Positions 61,700 through 64,000 of a stretch of DNA of 64,000 nucleotides are shown piece by piece. Under the pieces are notes generated by a model. It saw only the letters and a program-made list of their open reading frames with translations, ran no database searches and had not been told where the DNA came from. Source of the DNA: Eledone cirrhosa (taxonomy: Eukaryota); assembly GCA_964016885.1 (NCBI GenBank), contig OZ024740.1, positions 12,648,001-12,712,000 on the forward strand, written 5' to 3'. The translations under genes were made by a program, and so were the position numbers. Within the stretch, counting starts at the first letter, position 1; each line of letters opens with the position of its first letter.

Positions 61700-64000
61700 T
61701 CTAGTCTAATGTCTCTAGTCCAATGTCTTGTCTCTAGTCTAATGTCTCTAGTCTAATGTCTTGTCTCTAGTCTAATATCTTGTCTCTAGTCTAATGTCTC
61801 TAGTCTAATGTCTTGTCTCTTGTCTAATATCTTGTCTCTAGTCTAATGTCTCTAGTCTAATGTCTTGTCTCTAGTCTAACGTCTTGTCTCTAGTCTAATG
61901 TCTCTAGTCTAATGTCTCTAGTCCAATGTCTTGTCTCTAGTCTAATGTCTCTAGTCTAATGTCTTGTCTCTAGTCTAATATCTTGTCTCTAGTCTAATGT
62001 CTCTAGTCTAATGTCTTGTATCTAGTCTAGTGTCTTGTCTCTAGTGTAATGCCTCTAGTCTAATGTCTTGTCTCTAGTCTAACGTCTTGTCTCTAGTCTA
62101 ATGTCTCTAGTCTAATGTCTTGTCTCTAGTCTAACGTCTCTAGTCTAATGTCTTGTCTCTAGTCTAATGTCTTGTCTCTCGTCTAATATCTTGTCTCTAG
62201 TCTAATGTCTTGTCTCTAGTCTAATGTCTCTAGTCTAATGTCTTGTCTATATTCTAATGTCTTGTCTCTAGTCTAATGTCTTGTCTCTAGTCTAATATCT
62301 TGTCTCTAGTCTAATGTCTTGTCTCTAGTCTAATGTCTCTAGTCTAATGTCTGATCTCTAGTCTAATATCTTGTCTCTAGTCTAATGAATTGTCTCTAGT
62401 CTAATGTCTCTAGTCTAATGTCTTGTCTCTAGTCTAATGTCTCTAGTCTAATGTCTCTAGTCTAATGTCTTGTCTCTGGTCTAATGTCTTGTCTCTAGTC
62501 TAATGTCTCTAGTCTAATGTTTCTAGTCTAATGTCTTGTTTCTAGTCTAATGTCTCTAGTCTAATGTCTTGTCTCTAGTCTAATATCTTGTCTCTAGCCT
62601 AATGTCTTGTCTCTTGTCTAATGTCTCTAGTGTAATGTCTTGTCTCTAGTCTAATGTCTCTAGTCTAATGTCTTGTCTCTAGTCTAATGTCTCTAGTCTA
62701 ATGTCTTGTCTCTAGTCTAATATCTTGTCTCTAGTCTAATGTCTTGTCTCTAGTCTAATGTCTCTAGTCTAATGTCTTGTTTCTAGTCTAATGTCTCTAG
62801 TCTAATGTCTTGTCTCTAGTCTAATATCTTGTCACTAGTCTAATGTCTTGTCTCTAGTCTAATGTCTCTAGTCTAATGTCTTGTCTCTAGTCTAATATCT
62901 TGTCTCTAGTCTAATGTCTTGTCTCTAGTCTAATGTCTCTAGTGTAATGTCTTGTTTCTAGTCTAATGTCTCTAGTCTAATATCTTGTCTCTAGTCTAAT
63001 GTCTCTAGTCTAATGTCTTTGTTTCTAGTCTAATGTCTCTAGTCTAATGTCTTGTCTCTAGTCTAATGTCTCTACCCTAATGTCTTGTTTCTAGTCTAAT
63101 ATCTTGTCTCTAGTCTAATGTCTCTAGTCTAATGTCTTGTCTCTAGTCTAATGTCTCTAGTCTAATATCTTCTCTCTAGTCTAATGTCTCTAGACTAATG
63201 TCTTGTCTCTAGTCTAATGTCTCTAGTCTAATGTCTTGTCTCTAGTCTAATGTCTCTAGTCTAATGTCTTGTCTCTAGTCTAACATCTCGTCTCTAGTCT
63301 AATGTCTCTAGTCTAATGTCTTGTCTCTAGTCTAATATCTTGTCTCTAGTCTAATGACTCTAGTCTAATGTCTTGTCTCTAGTCTAATATCTTGTCTCTA
63401 TTCTAATGTCTCTAGTCTAGTGTCTTGTCTCTAGTCTAATGTCTCTAGTCTAATGTCTTGTCTCTAGTCTAACGTCTTGTCTTTAGTCTAATGTCTCTAG
63501 TCTAATGTCTCTAGTGTAACGTCTTGTCTCTAGTCTAATGTCTTGTCTCTAATCTAATGTCTTGTCTCTAGTCTAATGTCTTGTCTCTAGTCTAATGTCT
63601 TGTCTCCAGTCTAATATCTTGTCTCTAGTCTAATGTCTTGTCTCTAGTCTAATGTCTTGTCTCTAGTCTAATGTCTCTAGTCTAATATCTTGTCTCTAGT
63701 CTAATGTCTCTAGTCTAATGTCTTGTCTCTAGTCTAATGTCTCTAGTCTAATGTCTTGTCTCTAGTCTAATGTCTCTAGTCTAATGTCTTGTCTCTAGTC
63801 TAATATCTCGTCTCTAGTCTAATGTCTCTAGTCTAATGTCTTGTCTCTAGTCTAATATCTTGTCTCTAGTCTAATGTCTCTAGTCTAATGTCTTGTCTCT
63901 AGTCTAATATCTTGTCTCTAGTCTAATGTCTCTAGTCTAATGTCTTGTCTCTAGTCTAATGTCTTGTCTCTAGTCTAATGTCTCTAGTCTAATGTCTTGT
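61700..64000. repeat. Further copy of the block at about 53.2-55.45 kb (offset about 8543 bp), truncated by the window end
   Basis: GAATT 53844/62387 and ACCCT 54531/63074 are both at +8543. Both blocks share the GTATCTAGTCTAGTG...GTGTAATGCC and CTATATTC variants. Confidence 0.85.

Larger units (their letters stand above)
1..64000. repeat. Satellite DNA array of interspersed 14-bp (TGTCTCTAGTCTAA) and 19-bp (TGTCTTGTCTCTAGTCTAA / TATCTTGTCTCTAGTCTAA) monomers, running off both window edges
   Basis: Every line consists of the core TGTCTCTAGTCTAA with or without a 5-bp TGTCT/TATCT/CGTCT prefix, all in one orientation, with sparse substitutions and rare indels. No unique sequence was seen. Confidence 0.99.

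Noticed and set aside
1-64000. CRISPR array or other repeat-spacer system
   Set aside because: There are no unique spacers. The only variable part is the presence or absence of a near-constant 5-bp prefix, the repeat is too short, and no cas genes or leader are present.
1-64000. Protein-coding repeat ORF on either strand
   Set aside because: Each monomer has TAG and TAA on + and two TAG on - in different frames, and the 14/19-bp lengths shift frame, so all six frames close within a few monomers. The many ATGs open only tiny ORFs.
1-64000. Giant ORF under a code that reassigns TAA/TAG (e.g. ciliate code 6), since TGA is rare
   Set aside because: Free gain and loss of 14- and 19-bp units and 1-bp indels show no frame preservation, and nothing indicates such an organism.
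1-64000. Telomerase-synthesised terminal tract with stuttering (14 vs 19 bp)
   Set aside because: Point variants are inherited in multi-kilobase duplicated blocks, which indicates DNA-level duplication rather than de novo templated addition. There is also no G-rich strand with G runs.
1-64000. Deliberate information encoding or synthetic construct (S/L as a binary code; BsmAI GTCTC and BfaI CTAG in each unit)
   Set aside because: The pattern of scattered substitutions and nested imperfect duplications is what natural satellite turnover produces, and the restriction sites are incidental to the monomer.
1-64000. Inversions, hairpins, terminators or embedded transposons
   Set aside because: No reverse-orientation monomers or foreign sequence were seen. 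Palindromes are limited to 4-8 bp sites such as CTAG, ACTAGT and TCTAGA.
1-64000. Assignment as a functional centromere or to a specific taxon
   Set aside because: This cannot be supported from sequence alone. I recognised no diagnostic motif such as a CENP-B box and no known monomer.

Overview
The whole 64,000-bp window is one uninterrupted head-to-tail satellite DNA array of about 36% GC with a T-rich + strand, most plausibly eukaryotic heterochromatin. It is built from a 14-bp monomer TGTCTCTAGTCTAA (S) and 19-bp monomers made of a 5-bp prefix plus the same core, TGTCT-TGTCTCTAGTCTAA (L) or TATCT-TGTCTCTAGTCTAA (A). I found no genes, RNA genes, CRISPR spacers, transposon bodies or inversions, and TAG/TAA in every monomer close all six frames under the standard code. 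The real information lies in the order of monomer types and rare point variants, which I used as landmarks by eye. They reveal nested kilobase-scale duplications with periods of about 4150, 5340-5405, 3710, 6555, 1101-1120, 2165-2198, 2288 and 8543 bp. They also show an older ordered variant cassette of roughly 2 kb or more, a switch between two variant sub-families near 26.4-28 kb, and a more diverged island at about 58.8-61.7 kb. I see no evidence for a novel gene-encoded system; the organism and any function, such as centromeric or subtelomeric, cannot be determined from this window. Duplication boundaries are approximate.
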